Of a stretch of 64,000 nt of DNA, positions 47,447 through 58,404 are shown one piece after another; positions within the stretch are counted from its first letter, which is position 1; every line of letters starts with the position of its first letter. The DNA lies in NCBI GenBank assembly GCA_014905635.1, contig JABVCE010000005.1:248001-312000 (forward strand). The letters are read 5' to 3'. This DNA is from Scenedesmus sp. PABB004 (taxonomy: Eukaryota). A model generated the notes under the pieces. It was not told the DNA's origin. It did not search any database and was given only the letters and a program-made list of their open reading frames with translations. The position numbers and the translations under genes are program-made.

Positions 47447-50400
47447 TCACGCCACGCTGAAGCGCAGCCGGTCGACCGCCCAGGTCACGGTCAGGTGAAA
47501 CTCAGGGCCCGGGCCCGCCGACCGGGCGGGCGGCGGCGCCACAAACTCCAGGCTCTGCTGCCAGTGCCCGTACTTGGTCGCCCCGGGCGCGGTGCTCAGC
47601 CAGCCGCCGTCGCCGCAGTCGGCCTCGAACCAGCTGACCACGCACAGCTCGGCGGCGGCGGCGCCGTCGCCGGGCGGCGGCGGCTGCGGCTCAGCGCCGG
47701 CGCCGCCGGCCTGCTCCGGCGCCGCGGCGCGCCAGTCCGGCGCGCCCGACTGCGCCATCCACGCCCGCAGCGGCAGCGGCGCGGGCAGCGCCGCCAGCTG
47801 CACCGTCGCCTGGCCGTTGAGCTGCAGGGACTGCGCCGCCTCAAAGTCAAAGCTCACGACCGGCGCCGGCGCGGTGAGCAGCAGCAGCTGCCCGTGCAGG
47901 TCGTCCAGCTGCAGCTCCAGCTTGCGCGGCTGGAGCAGCGCCAGCGACGATAGGTCCCACGGCTCCGCGCGCGCGGGCAGCCGGAGGCGCCGCTGCGCCG
48001 CGGGGCAGGCCGCGACCGCCGCGACGACGCGCAGCGCGCGCGGCAGGAAGGCCGCGCCCGGCGCCGCGAGCTGCGCGTGCACCTGGCGCAGCGCCGGCAG
48101 CACCTGCTCGCCCAGCGGGTCCGTGCCGAAGATCTCATGCACCACCAGCGCCGCGCGCGCCGGCAGGTCGCCGGCGGCGCCGCCGAGCGTGAGCTGGCCG
48201 CTGAGCTTCTCGTGCACCGCGACCTGCGCCCCCAGGCCGTGCGCGGACACCAGCTGCCGCGCCACGCCCGCGAGCGCCGGCTCCCGCTCGCAGGCTGCGG
48301 CGAGGGCGGGCGGCAGAGCGGCGGGCGCACGGCGGCGGCGCGGGCGAGCGTCGGCGCTGTGCTGCGCGGCGCGGCGCGGCGCAGCGGCGCCGGGGCGGCG
48401 GCCCGGGCGCGGCGCGGCCGCGAGCGCACCAGCGATGTGCAGCGCCGCTGGCGCGCCCGCCGCGGCGGCGGCGGTGGCCGCCATCAGGGAGAGCAGCCCC
48501 GTGCCGCAGCCGACGTCGAGCACGACGCACGACCCCCGCTCGTCCTGCTCCTGCTCCCCCTGCTGCTGCTGCTGCTGCTGCTCCGCCTGCTGCTGCTGCT
48601 GCTGCTCCCCCTGCTGCTGCTGCCCCGCCTGCGGCTGCTTGCTCTGCCGCCGCGTCAGCAGCGCGCGCACCGCGCCGGCGATGCCGGCGTCGTACGCGCG
48701 CGTGCGGGCGGCGTCGTTGAGCATGGACAGATGATACGGCAGGATGCTACGGCCCGCCTCGCGCTGCGCCTCCTGCAGCGTCGACGCGTCGTCCCCCGGG
48801 CCGCCGCCCGGCGCCGCCGCCGCCGCGGCGTCCTCGCGCCACACCGACAGCGACAGCGCGTCGGGCTCCGCGACCGCGCGCAGCGCGAGGCACTGCCCCG
48901 CGGCCACGGCGGCGCCCTGCGCCAGCTCCCCGGGCGCGGCGTCCGGCGGCAGCGGCAGGTACTGAACGTGCTGCCACACGTGCGGCTGCAGCACGTCCGG
49001 CACGTCGTCGCCGTCGCCGCCGCTGTCGCCAGCGCTGCTGCTGCAGCTGCTGCTGCAGCTGCTGCGGCCGCGCAGCGCCGCCGGCGCGAACGACACGACG
49101 CAGCCGGGCCCCAGCTCAAACTCGAGCCACCACACCACGGCGTCGAGCCGGCCAGCCGCCGCCACGACGACGGGCGCGCCTGCGTGCGCGCCGCGCCCCG
49201 CCAGCAGCGCCGCGGTGAGGCGCTCCTGCGGTGCCTCGCCCGCCGGCGTGGGCGGCCCCGGCCGCTCCTGCGCCGCGAGCGCGCCGCGCAGCAGCGCCAC
49301 GGGCTCCAGCTCCAGCAGCGCCACCGGCTCCGCGAGCGCGCGCGGCGCGAAGCGCGACACCTGCGCGGGGCGCGCGCTGCGCCGCAGCGCCGCGTTGGCG
49401 GGTCCGTAGGCGTAGCCGCCGCGCGTGGCCGCGGCGAGGGCAGGCAGGTCCACCTCGTTCAGGGCCACCAGGTCGGCGCACTCCACGGGCGCCGCCCACA
49501 CGCGCACGCGCGCGGGGCTCAGCCGGCAGCCGCCGGCGCCGCCGCGCCCCGCCGCGAGCGCGGCTGCGAGGCCGCGCGCCGCGGCGACGCAGCCGCCCGC
49601 GGCGGCGGCCCACGACGGCTGCACGCAGCCGGCCAGCAGCGCCGCGAGCACGGGCGGCGGCGGCGGGGGCGGGGGCGGCGCCGCCGCGTCGCCCGCCACG
49701 CCGTCGCCCGCCGCGTCGCCCGCCGCGGCCGCCGCCGCGGCCACGCGGGCCGCCGCCGCGGCGGCCTGCGCCGCCTGGCCCGCCATCGCGTCGGCGAGCT
49801 CCGCCCAGGTGGCGAGGCCGATGATGTCATCCACGCCGTTGTCCAGGAACAGCTGGCTCGCGAGGTGCGCGCTCAGCGCGCCGCCCTCGGCGGGCAGGAA
49901 GCTCAACCCCAGGCGCGGCAGGCCGCCCGGCCCGAGCCCGACGCCCGCGCCCGCCGCGGCCGCCGCGAGCGCGGCCTGGACGTCCGAGCCCGCCGCCGCG
50001 AGCTGCAGCGCCTGCACGCCCAGGCCGCCGACCGCGACGAGCTGCACGTGCGGCACCGCCGCGTCGCCCGCAGCGAGTGCCGCCGCGTGCAACGCGGCGA
50101 CGACGAGCGCGCGCGCCGCGCGGCGCCAGGCGGCCGCCAGGCGGCCGTCCGCCGCCGCCGCCGGCCAGCCGGGCGGCAGCAGCTGGCCGGCGAGGAGCCA
50201 GGCGTTGTCGGTGGCGGCCGCCGCGAGGTTGGCCGCGCCCGGCTCGAGCGGCCCCGGCGCCGCCGCGAGGAGCTGGGCCGTGCGGAGGTAGCAGCGGCAC
50301 GCCGCGCCGGCGTCGCGCCCGGCGAGCGCGGTGGCGAGCAGCCACCACACCTCGGGCACGAGCGGCGCGCGGCGCGAGGCGCCCATCAGGAGCGTGATCG

Positions 50401-50699
50401 CGCGCTCCAGCTGCGGGCAGCGGCGCGGGGCGGCAGTGAGCGAGCGGCGGCGGCGGCAGCGGCGGCAGCAGCGGCGGCGGCAGCGGCGGCGGCACCGCGG
50501 CCCCGCACGGGGCCGCGGCGGCGTGTGCTGGCGTGGTCGGTCGGCCGCTGGCAGCTTCAACGCATCGGCGCAAGGAGCAGGGCGCTTGCTGCTTGCTGCA
50601 GCGCGGGGGCAGCTCGTTTGCCGAGTCACTCGCCTGGCCCTTCTCCGTCGCCGCGCGCGCGAGCTCCAGCAGCTTAGAGAGCCCTGGATCCTCCGCCAT
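47447..50699 (-). CDS. PRMT7/PRMT9-like protein arginine methyltransferase with a TPR-like N-terminus and two methyltransferase modules
   Basis: YHLSMLNDAARTRAY, VLDVGCGTGLLSLMA, double-E loop VHEIFGTDPLGE and GHWQQ. A degenerate copy of the module lies upstream. Confidence 0.85.
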
Positions 50700-50962
50700 C
50701 GCCGCTCGCGCTGGCAGCGCGCGCGCTCTGCAGCCCCAATCGCCGCCGGCGCAATCGCCGCCGCGATCGCCGCGGTCGCGCGCTGCCGCCCTCGCTCAAA
50801 GAATTTGGGTCCCCCACCTCTCAGGTCACGCGCCCTGCCCGCCCCGATGACGACAAGCGTCGCGCGCCGTTGCGGCGCCGCGGCGTGCAGCCGCAAAGCC
50901 CCGACCTGCGGCCGAGCCGACGGCCGACGCCGGCCGGCGCGCCCGCCGAGCTGACGGCGGCG

Positions 50963-52369
50963 TCAGCTGCCGGCGTCCTCGTCCGCGGCGGCGCCAAAGG
51001 CGATGAGCAGGTTTTCAAACATGATCTGCAGGTGCGGGCGGGCAGCGCGCGGTCAGTTGACCACGCGGCCGAGGGCGGCGCGCGAGTGACCCCCCCCCCC
51101 CCCGCGCGCACCAGGCCCACGCTCTGGCCGATGCCCAGGCGCAGCGCCTTGGGGACGAAGCCGCGGTACAGCGCGCGCGGGCCCTCCTCGCGCGCGATGG
51201 TCACGAGGCTGGGCAGCACGCGCGTGAAGCGGCGCTGCCCCGGCAGCTCGCTCTGGAAGCTGCGGCGGGGGCGCGGCGGCGTCGGCGGCGGCGTTGGCGG
51301 CTGTCGGCCGCGGCCGCGGCCAGGGCGCAGCGCCGCGCGCGGCGGCGCGGCGCCGCACCGGCTTTTCACCACATCGAACGGCGCGTTGCACGTCGTAGCG
51401 GCGATGCCGACGGCGGTGCCGACGCCGAGCTGGCGCAGCGCGTCGGCGCCGCGGTTCTCGAGGCGCGGCAGGTGGTGGTGCTCGATCTGGTGCATCGAAC
51501 CGTAGTAGATGCAGTTCCAGATGCAGTTGCGCAGCAGCGTCGGCGCGAGCCCGATGAACAGCGCGGCCGGGCCCTCGGCGCGCAGCAGCTCGCGCAGACA
51601 GTGCGCGCTGTTGCGGTAGCGCCCCAGGTGCTCCTTGGCCATGAGCCGGACCTTGACCACCTGCGCGGCCGGCGCGCGGCGGCGGCGCGGTGGCGGTGGT
51701 GCGGGGCGCGGCGCGGCCGGCGGCCGGCGCACAGCGTGCACGCGCGCGCGCGGCGGACCTGGAACGGCGCAAACGCGACGCCCTCGGTCACGCCCGAGAG
51801 CGCGCCGGACAGGTAGGCGTAGCCGGGCGTGAGGTGGCCGTCGTGCCACGACCGAAACGTGCGGCGGCTGAGCTCGAGCGTGCTCAGCGCCGCCGTGGCG
51901 CGGGGGATGAGCCCGAGGATCTCCGGCGCGCCGCCGCGGTAGAGCTGCGCCACCCCGCCCTCAGCCACGATGTCTGCGCCGGCGACGCGGCGGCGGCGGC
52001 GCGCGCCGTGGGCTGGCTGGCCCCGGCAGCCAGCCGCGGCGGGCTGCGCTGCTAGGTCGGGCCCGCGCGGCTCACCCTTGATTGTGGGTATGATGCGCAG
52101 GTGCTCGCCGGCGTGGATCTGGAACCGCGTCTGCGGCGGCGGCGGGCGGCGGCACGAGCGTCGCGGGCCGCGCTCGCGCTGGGCGTCGCGGAGCCGCGGC
52201 GGTGGCGCGCCGCGCAGGCGGCAACCTTGAGCATCTCCAGCGGCTGTATGGTGATCCCCTCGGCGACGCCGCTGATGCTGCCGGCCAGGAACACGTAGCC
52301 GGCGCCGCCGGTGCGAGCGCTGCCGCCGCCGCCAGCAGCGCCCCCGCCGCCGCCGCCGCCGCCGGCCAT
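50963..52369 (-). CDS. Mitochondrial carrier family protein (2-oxodicarboxylate carrier-like), multi-exon
   Basis: Three carrier signature repeats (QPLEMLKTRFQ, APFQVVKVRLM, APFDVVKSRFQ), plus EGG..LYRG and EEGPRALYRGFVPKALRLG. The subfamily assignment is tentative. Confidence 0.9.
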
Positions 52370-52770
52370 CGCGGCCGTTCGGGCCCCCGGAGAGCTAGCG
52401 ACGGGAGTGCTGTCGTCGCCTGCGGGGCCTGCTGCTGGCGCGGGCGCCCGCGCCGCCCGCCGCGCCTCACACAGCGCCGGCGGCGCTGCTGCGGCGCTGG
52501 AGCGAGCCCTAGAGCCACGCGTGCGCGTCCGGCGAGCGCGCGGGCGAGTGTGGCGGGTTGATGGTCGTGCGGGGGCGAGCTGCCGCGACCTAGGGCTCGA
52601 GCGAGCGGCGGCAACAGCGGCGCGCGGCGGGCTGCGCTCGGCCACGGCGGGGGAGTCGAGCGTGCGGCGGCGCCGGCTGCGGCTCCAACCACGGGCACTT
52701 TCCTTCAAGCACGGCAGGCAACAAGCCAGCGAACCGACGCCGAAATAAAAGACAAAAACCTGCGCCCTCG

Positions 52771-53897
52771 TCACGCCTCGCCCGCGCTCTCGCCCTCGGG
52801 GTTGAAGGAAAGCGCCAATCCGTTCATGCAATATCTGAGCCCCGTCGGCGGCGGCCCTGCGGCAAGCAGGCGAGAACGACGCAGGCGGCGGCGCCGCAGC
52901 CGGTCTGGCGGCGTGCCGGCGCGGCTGCAGCGGCGGCCGGCCCGCGCCCGCGCCGCCCGCGCGTCCGTCCGCCCGCCTGCTCACCGTCGTCAAAGACGTG
53001 GCCCAGGTGCCCGCCGCACGCGCGGCAGCTGACCTCGGTGCGCGGCATGAAGGGGATGGAGAGGTCCGACGACTCCACGACCGCGCCTGCGCGGCGGCGG
53101 CGGCGGCGCCCGCCGCGCCGGCTCGGCGGCCGCCACGAGCGTGCGCGGGCGTGCGCGGGCGTGCGCGGGCGTGCGCGGCGCACCGTCGAGGGGGGCGTAG
53201 AAGGATGGCCAGCCCGTGCCGCTGTCATACTTGGTGGCGCTCGGGAAGAGGCGCGCGCCGCAGCCCGCGCACACAAACGTGCCGCGCCGCTTCTCCTTGT
53301 TCAGGGGGCTGCGCCGGCGCGGCGGCGGCGCCAGCGTCGGGTGCGGCGCGGCCCGCGGCCGCGGCTGCGCCAGCGCCGCGCCCCGCCTCCCGCGCGCGCG
53401 CGGGCGCGGGCGGGCGGCCCACCTCGTGCGCGGCAGCTCGGTGCCCGCCTGGCGGAGGACCTTGTACTGCCCCGGCGACAGCAGCGCGCGCCACTCCTCG
53501 TCCGTGCGCACGACGCTCGCGCCGACGCGCACGTCGCCCTCCGCGCGCGCGGCGCCGCCCGCGGCGGCGGCGGCGGCCGCCCCCGCGCCGATCAGGCCGA
53601 CCAGCGCGCGGCGCGAGAGCGCCTGCTGCCTGCGGCGGCGGCGCAACCGGCGTCGGCGCGCGGGGAGTGGGTGGGTGATGGCAGCAGCCGCGCGCACGCG
53701 GCCACCACAGCGCCAGCGCTCGCTGCTGCTGCTGCTGCCGCGCCGCACCCCGCGCCGCCGCTGGCCGGCTCATCCGCGGCGCGGACGGTGACGGCGCGCC
53801 GGGCAGGGGCCACCGGACGCGCCCGACTGCAGCCGCGCGCGAGGCCGGCGCAGGCCGCGGCGCGAGTGGACGGCGGCGCGGCGAGCATGGCGCGCAT
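52771..53897 (-). CDS. msrB: Methionine-R-sulfoxide reductase B, plastid-targeted, Zn-binding 1-Cys type
   Basis: TDEEWRALLSPGQYKVLRQAGTE, CAGC, KYDSGTGWPSF, RTEVSCRACGGHLGHVFDDG and PTGLRYCMNG. Confidence 0.96.
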
Positions 53898-54412
53898 GTG
53901 GCGCAGACGGGGGGCCACGCGCGCTGGGCTGGGTGTTCAAGCCGCTGTGCACGGGCGTGTGGGCGGTGCAGCTGGGCGACGCGGACGGGCAGCAAGCGGC
54001 GGCGGCGGTGCACGGACGTGACGGCGCGGCCCGGCGCGGCTGAGAGCTGGGCGCAGCTGGCCTCCCGTAGCTCGATGTGGAGCAGGGGGCGCGATCGCGG
54101 CCAGGCGCGGCGGTTGGAAAACACTCACCGGCGGCGGAGCCGGCGAGCTGACCGCGGCCAGCGGTCACCCGCGGCGTTGGATTGCCGCCATCACGGCTGC
54201 CGGGCGGCGCATCGTGACCAGCAGGCACCGAATCACGCCAGAAAATGTGAGGCAACGCCGCTGAGGAGCTGAGTGGAGCTGCCGGAGCTGCGAGCGCGGC
54301 GCAGCGCGCGCGGCGCGGCCACATGTCCGCGCTACAAAAGCCGCACCATCAGTCCTACACCCCCACCGTCCCCGCACGCCTTCCTTAGCCCGCCATCAGG
54401 TACATTGCCGCC

Positions 54413-55331
54413 ATGGCCGCCCGCCTAGTGATCGCGCTGGCGCTCGCCGCGCTGGTGGCCAGCCCCGCCGCGGCGGCCGGCCGCGCCCTGGCGGGCAGCC
54501 CCGGCGCCCCGGCGCCTATGGCCAAGCCCGCCGCCAAGCCCGCCGCCACCTACGCGACCCTCGCCGAGTCCGTGCGCGCGGCATCCGCCGGCGCGCCTTC
54601 GCTGAGCATCCTGCTCAAGGCCGTCAGCGCCGCCGGCGCCGCCGGTGTGCTCACGGACGGTGCGAGCGCGCGCCCCGGCCGGGGGCCTGCCCGCGCTGGC
54701 GCCGGCGCTGGCGCCCGCGGCACCTGGCACGGCGCGGCGCGCGCGCGCTCACCCGCCCACGTGCACCCACCCGCGCGTTTTTTGCAGATGCGACGGTGAC
54801 CATCCTCGCGCCCACCGACGCGGCGTTCACGTCGCGCCTCAAGTCCGCGCTCGGCATCACGCCCGCGCAGCTGCTGGAGCCGGCCAACAAGGCCACGCTG
54901 CTCAACGTGCTGAGCTACCACCTCATCCCCGGCGCAGCGCTGCCGTCGAGCGCTCTCAAGAACGGCGAGAAGCTGCCCACTGCGCTCAAGGGCGCCGAGC
55001 TGACCGTGGCGGTGAAGCGCATCGGCGGCAAGGACGTGGTCGGCTTCCAGGGCGCGGCCAACTGGGCGCGCGTGGAGGTCGCGGACATCAAGGCCGGCAA
55101 GTCGTTCATCCACGTCATTGACGGTGAGCACCACGCGCTGGCTTGCTGATCCGAGGTCGGCCAGCCAGCAGCCCGCTGGCCTCGCCGCGAGCGCTCACGC
55201 GCCGCTGCCGCCGCCGCCGCAACGCAGACGTGCTGCTGCCCCCCGGCGTGGGCAAGGCCGGAAACGAGAAGGCCAAGGCCAAGGGCATGGGCCAGGGCAT
55301 GATGGCGCAGCCGGGCAAGCAGAAGAACTGA
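54413..55331 (+). CDS. Secreted fasciclin (FAS1) domain protein, 3 exons
   Basis: Signal peptide MAARLVIALALAALVASPAAA; H1 motif TILAPTDAAF; VLSYHLIPG; H2 motif IHVIDDVLLP across a splice junction. Confidence 0.9.
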
Positions 55332-55435
55332 CCGGCCGCAGAGCGCGCGGCTTGACCAGCCCAGCCGCTGAGCTTGAGAGCCGCGGGAGAGGGAGAGAGT
55401 CTGTGTGCGGAAGCCGCAGTAGTTAAAAAGAAAGG

Positions 55436-55440
55436 TTACA
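55436..55440 (-). terminator. TGTAA polyadenylation signal of purU
   Basis: TTACA on the + strand about 220 bp past the purU stop codon. Confidence 0.5.
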
Positions 55441-55660
55441 GCGCCACTGCCACTCTGCCTGCCTGCGCACGTGTCAGGCTCGCAGCAGGCCCCCTCCCCC
55501 ACTACCTCGGCTGACCCTGAGCTCCAGGGCGGTTTGCAGCCGCCCAAAGAATGTGCGCGACAGCCAGCCCGCCCCCGCGCGTGTCACCGCGTCCCCCGCA
55601 GCCGCGGCGCCGCTGCTGCCGCCTGCCTGCCGCCGCCGCTGCGGCGCCGCCTCGCGCGTG

Positions 55661-57256
55661 TCAGTCCTGGAACACCACGGTGCGCCCCGTGGGCGTGACC
55701 AGCACGCGGTCGTTCACGTGCCAGCGCACCGCGCGCGCGAGCACGAGCCGCTCCAGGTCGCGCCCCTTGCGCACCATGTCCTGCGGCCGGCGGCGCGCGC
55801 GGCGCGCGCGTGAGCCGCTCGCCGCCGGCTGCCCACGCGCCGCGCCGGCCGCCCGCCTGCCCGCCGCGCTGGCCGCGCCGCGCCGCTGCCGCCGCCGCCG
55901 CCGCGCCGCGCGCCGCGCCGCGCGCCGCGCCTGCACGCTGTCGCGGTGGGTGATGCGCGTGATGTCCTGCTCGATGATCGGCCCCGCGTCGAGCTCGCTC
56001 GTCGCGTAGTGCGCGGTCGCGCCGATGATCTTGACGCCGCGCTCGTGCGCGCGGTGGTAGGGCTTGGCGCCCTCAAACGCGGGCAGGAAGGAGTGGTGGA
56101 TGTTGATCGTGCGCCGCCAGTTGGCCTCGCAGAACTCGGGCGAGAAGATCTGCATGTACCTGCGCGCAGGTGAGCCCGGGGACGCGGGCGGGTGAGCGCG
56201 CGGGCCCGCGTGAGCTAGGGCGGGCCGGCGCGCGGCGCCCGCGCCGCCGCGCGGCGCCGCCCGCGCGCGCCGCGCGCCTGGCCAGCACGATGAGGTCCAC
56301 GTCCGCCTCGTCCAGCACCTGCGCGCCGCGTGCGGGCGGCACGAGTTGCCTGAGCACTGCCCGGGCGCTGCCCCAGCCCGCGCGGCGCCGATGGCCCCGC
56401 CGCGCGCTGCCGCGCCGCGCACCCGCTGGATCGCCGCCTCCTGCGTGCGCTTCGCGGCCGCGCGGTCGGGGCCGGCCGGGACGCCGAGGTGCTCAAAGTC
56501 GACGCCAAACATGCCCGCGACGTGGGAGAGGTCCGGGTGGTTGCTGATGACGACCGGGACGTCGGCGTGCAGCTCGCCGCTGCGCGTGCGGATGAGCAGG
56601 TCGAAGAGGCAGTGGTCCATCTTGGACACGAGCACCGCGACGCGCTTGCGCTTGGGGCGGTACGACACCTGCGCTCGGCGGCGGGCGCGGCGGCGGCGGC
56701 GGCGGCGGCGGCGGCGTGAGCCCGGCCCGGCTGCGCTGTTGCCGCCGCGCTGCTCCCGCCGGCGCCGCTGCTGCTGCCCGCCGCCGCCGCGGCGGCGGCG
56801 CGCCTTCCAGTCCATCTCGTAGCGGCGCGCGAGGTCTGCGACGGCGGTCTCGAGCACTCCGAGGTTGCCGCGGCCCACGCTGATGTCGGCGTAGTCAAAG
56901 TGTATGCGCTGGAAGAAGCGGCTCGGGCTCAGCGTCTCGTCGCTGAACTGGTCCGACTGCAGGATGTTGCAGTTGAAGCCGAAGAGCAGCTGCGCGAGCG
57001 CCGCAACGACGCCCTTGGCGTCGGGGCACTGCACGAGCAGCACGCCCGTGCTGTCGCCCGCGGCGCCGCCCTCCTCCGCGCTCGACGTCGCGCCGCTGCC
57101 CGGCGCCGGTGCCTTCTGCGGCGCCGCCACGCGGCGCACGACCAGGCGCCGACCCCGGCAGGGCGGCTGCGGCGCCGCGAGCGGCCTGCTGCCGGCTGCT
57201 GCCGCATGCCGCCCGCCAAGGCCCAGCGCCGCGCCGGGCCGGCCCGCGATCGCCAT
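55661..57256 (-). CDS. purU: Formyltetrahydrofolate deformylase, organelle-targeted, multi-exon
   Basis: ACT domain CPDAKGVVA; VAVLVSKMDHCLFDLL; VISNH; LIVLARYMQI; INIHHSFLPAFEGAKPYHRAHERGVKIIGATAHY; LDAGPIIEQD; GRDLERLVLARAV. Confidence 0.97.
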   Translation of the reverse strand: MAIAGRPGAALGLGGRHAAAAGSRPLAAPQPPCRGRRLVVRRVAAPQKAPAPGSGATSSAEEGGAAGDSTGVLLVQCPDAKGVVAALAQLLFGFNCNILQSDQFSDETLSPSRFFQRIHFDYADISVGRGNLGVLETAVADLARRYEMDWKARRRRGGGGQQQRRRREQRGGNSAAGPGSRRRRRRRRRRARRRAQVSYRPKRKRVAVLVSKMDHCLFDLLIRTRSGELHADVPVVISNHPDLSHVAGMFGVDFEHLGVPAGPDRAAAKRTQEAAIQRVRGAAARGGAIGAARAGAAPGQCSGNSCRPHAARRCWTRRTWTSSCWPGARRARAAPRGGAGAARRPALAHAGPRAHPPASPGSPARRYMQIFSPEFCEANWRRTINIHHSFLPAFEGAKPYHRAHERGVKIIGATAHYATSELDAGPIIEQDITRITHRDSVQARRAARRAARRRRRQRRGAASAAGRRAAGAARGQPAASGSRARRARRRPQDMVRKGRDLERLVLARAVRWHVNDRVLVTPTGRTVVFQD

Positions 57257-57721
57257 GACCGACGAGCCGAGTCCAAGAGCTACTGCGGAGAGCGGTCCTG
57301 CGGCCGCCCGCAGGCCCGGCGCGCGAGCGAAGGCCGGCTGCTGCTGTCGGGGAGGCGGCCGGGGCGCGCGGAATCGCAAAGCGTGGCTGGGAGCGATCGC
57401 AGGAAGTGCCGGGTGTGGGAGAAAGGCCGGCAGGTCCTGCTGCGGCGGCGGCGCGCTTCAGCGTGACGGCGCCCGGAACGACGCCCGGCCGCCGCAGAGG
57501 CGCCGCCCGGCCGCCCGGTCGCGCAGTCGCCCCCCACGACGTCGGCGCCCCCTCCGCCAGCCCCGCGCGGGATCGCGCGCCCGCGGCACGCGCGAGTCGC
57601 CGCCCCGCGCGCCCCGCACGCAGCGGCGCCCCGTGCGGCGGTGCCCCTCCGCCCGCGCAGCGCGTGACCGCGTGCCCGCGGCACGCGCGAGTCGCCGCGC
57701 GCGCCGCACGCAGCGGCGCAG

Positions 57722-58367
57722 ATGGCGGATTACAAGGCGCCGCCCGAGCTCCTGGCGCCCACGCCGCGCGTCGCAATCGCGGGGCGGCGCCTCACGCCGT
57801 CCGCCGCCGGCGAGCTCCTCGAGCCTGACGTAGTGCGCCTCGCAGATTTCGCCACGCCCGCCGCCTCGCCGGCGCACCGCCCGCCCGACCTCGACGCCGA
57901 GGCCGCGCTCGCGGCGCCGCCGGGCGGCGGCGGCGAGCCGCGCCACGCCGGCGCCGGCGGCGGGCGCGGGGCCGCGCCCCGCGCGCACTCCGCGCCGCGC
58001 GTGCAGGCGCCGCTGGCGCTGCCCGTCGTCGAGACCGGCGCGGCGCACCTGGGCGCGACCATCCAGGAGACGGCGTCGGTGCCTGGCGACGTCTACGCCG
58101 CGCACGCCGCGGCGGCGGCCGCCGCCGCGGCCGCCGGCGGGCTCGTCCGGGCGCGCGGGCTGGCCGTGCGCACGGCAGCCAACGTGGCCGAGGCGGCGGT
58201 CGACCCCGCCGCGGTGACCGACTTTGACTCGGCGTGCCTCAACGTCGCCGCCGGCAGCGCGCAGGAGCAGCTCGAGGCCCTGGCCAGCCCCCGCGCGGCG
58301 GGCGGGGGCGGCGGCGGCGCGCCGTGCGCCGAGGAGGGCGCCCTGGAGGGCGGCGGCGGCGACGGCG

Positions 58368-58404
<37 letters not shown>

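Noticed and set aside
52820..52850. Possible selenocysteine (UGA) MsrB, given SBP2 in the same window
   Set aside because: The catalytic codon is TGC (RYCMN). The nearby TGA is out of frame.
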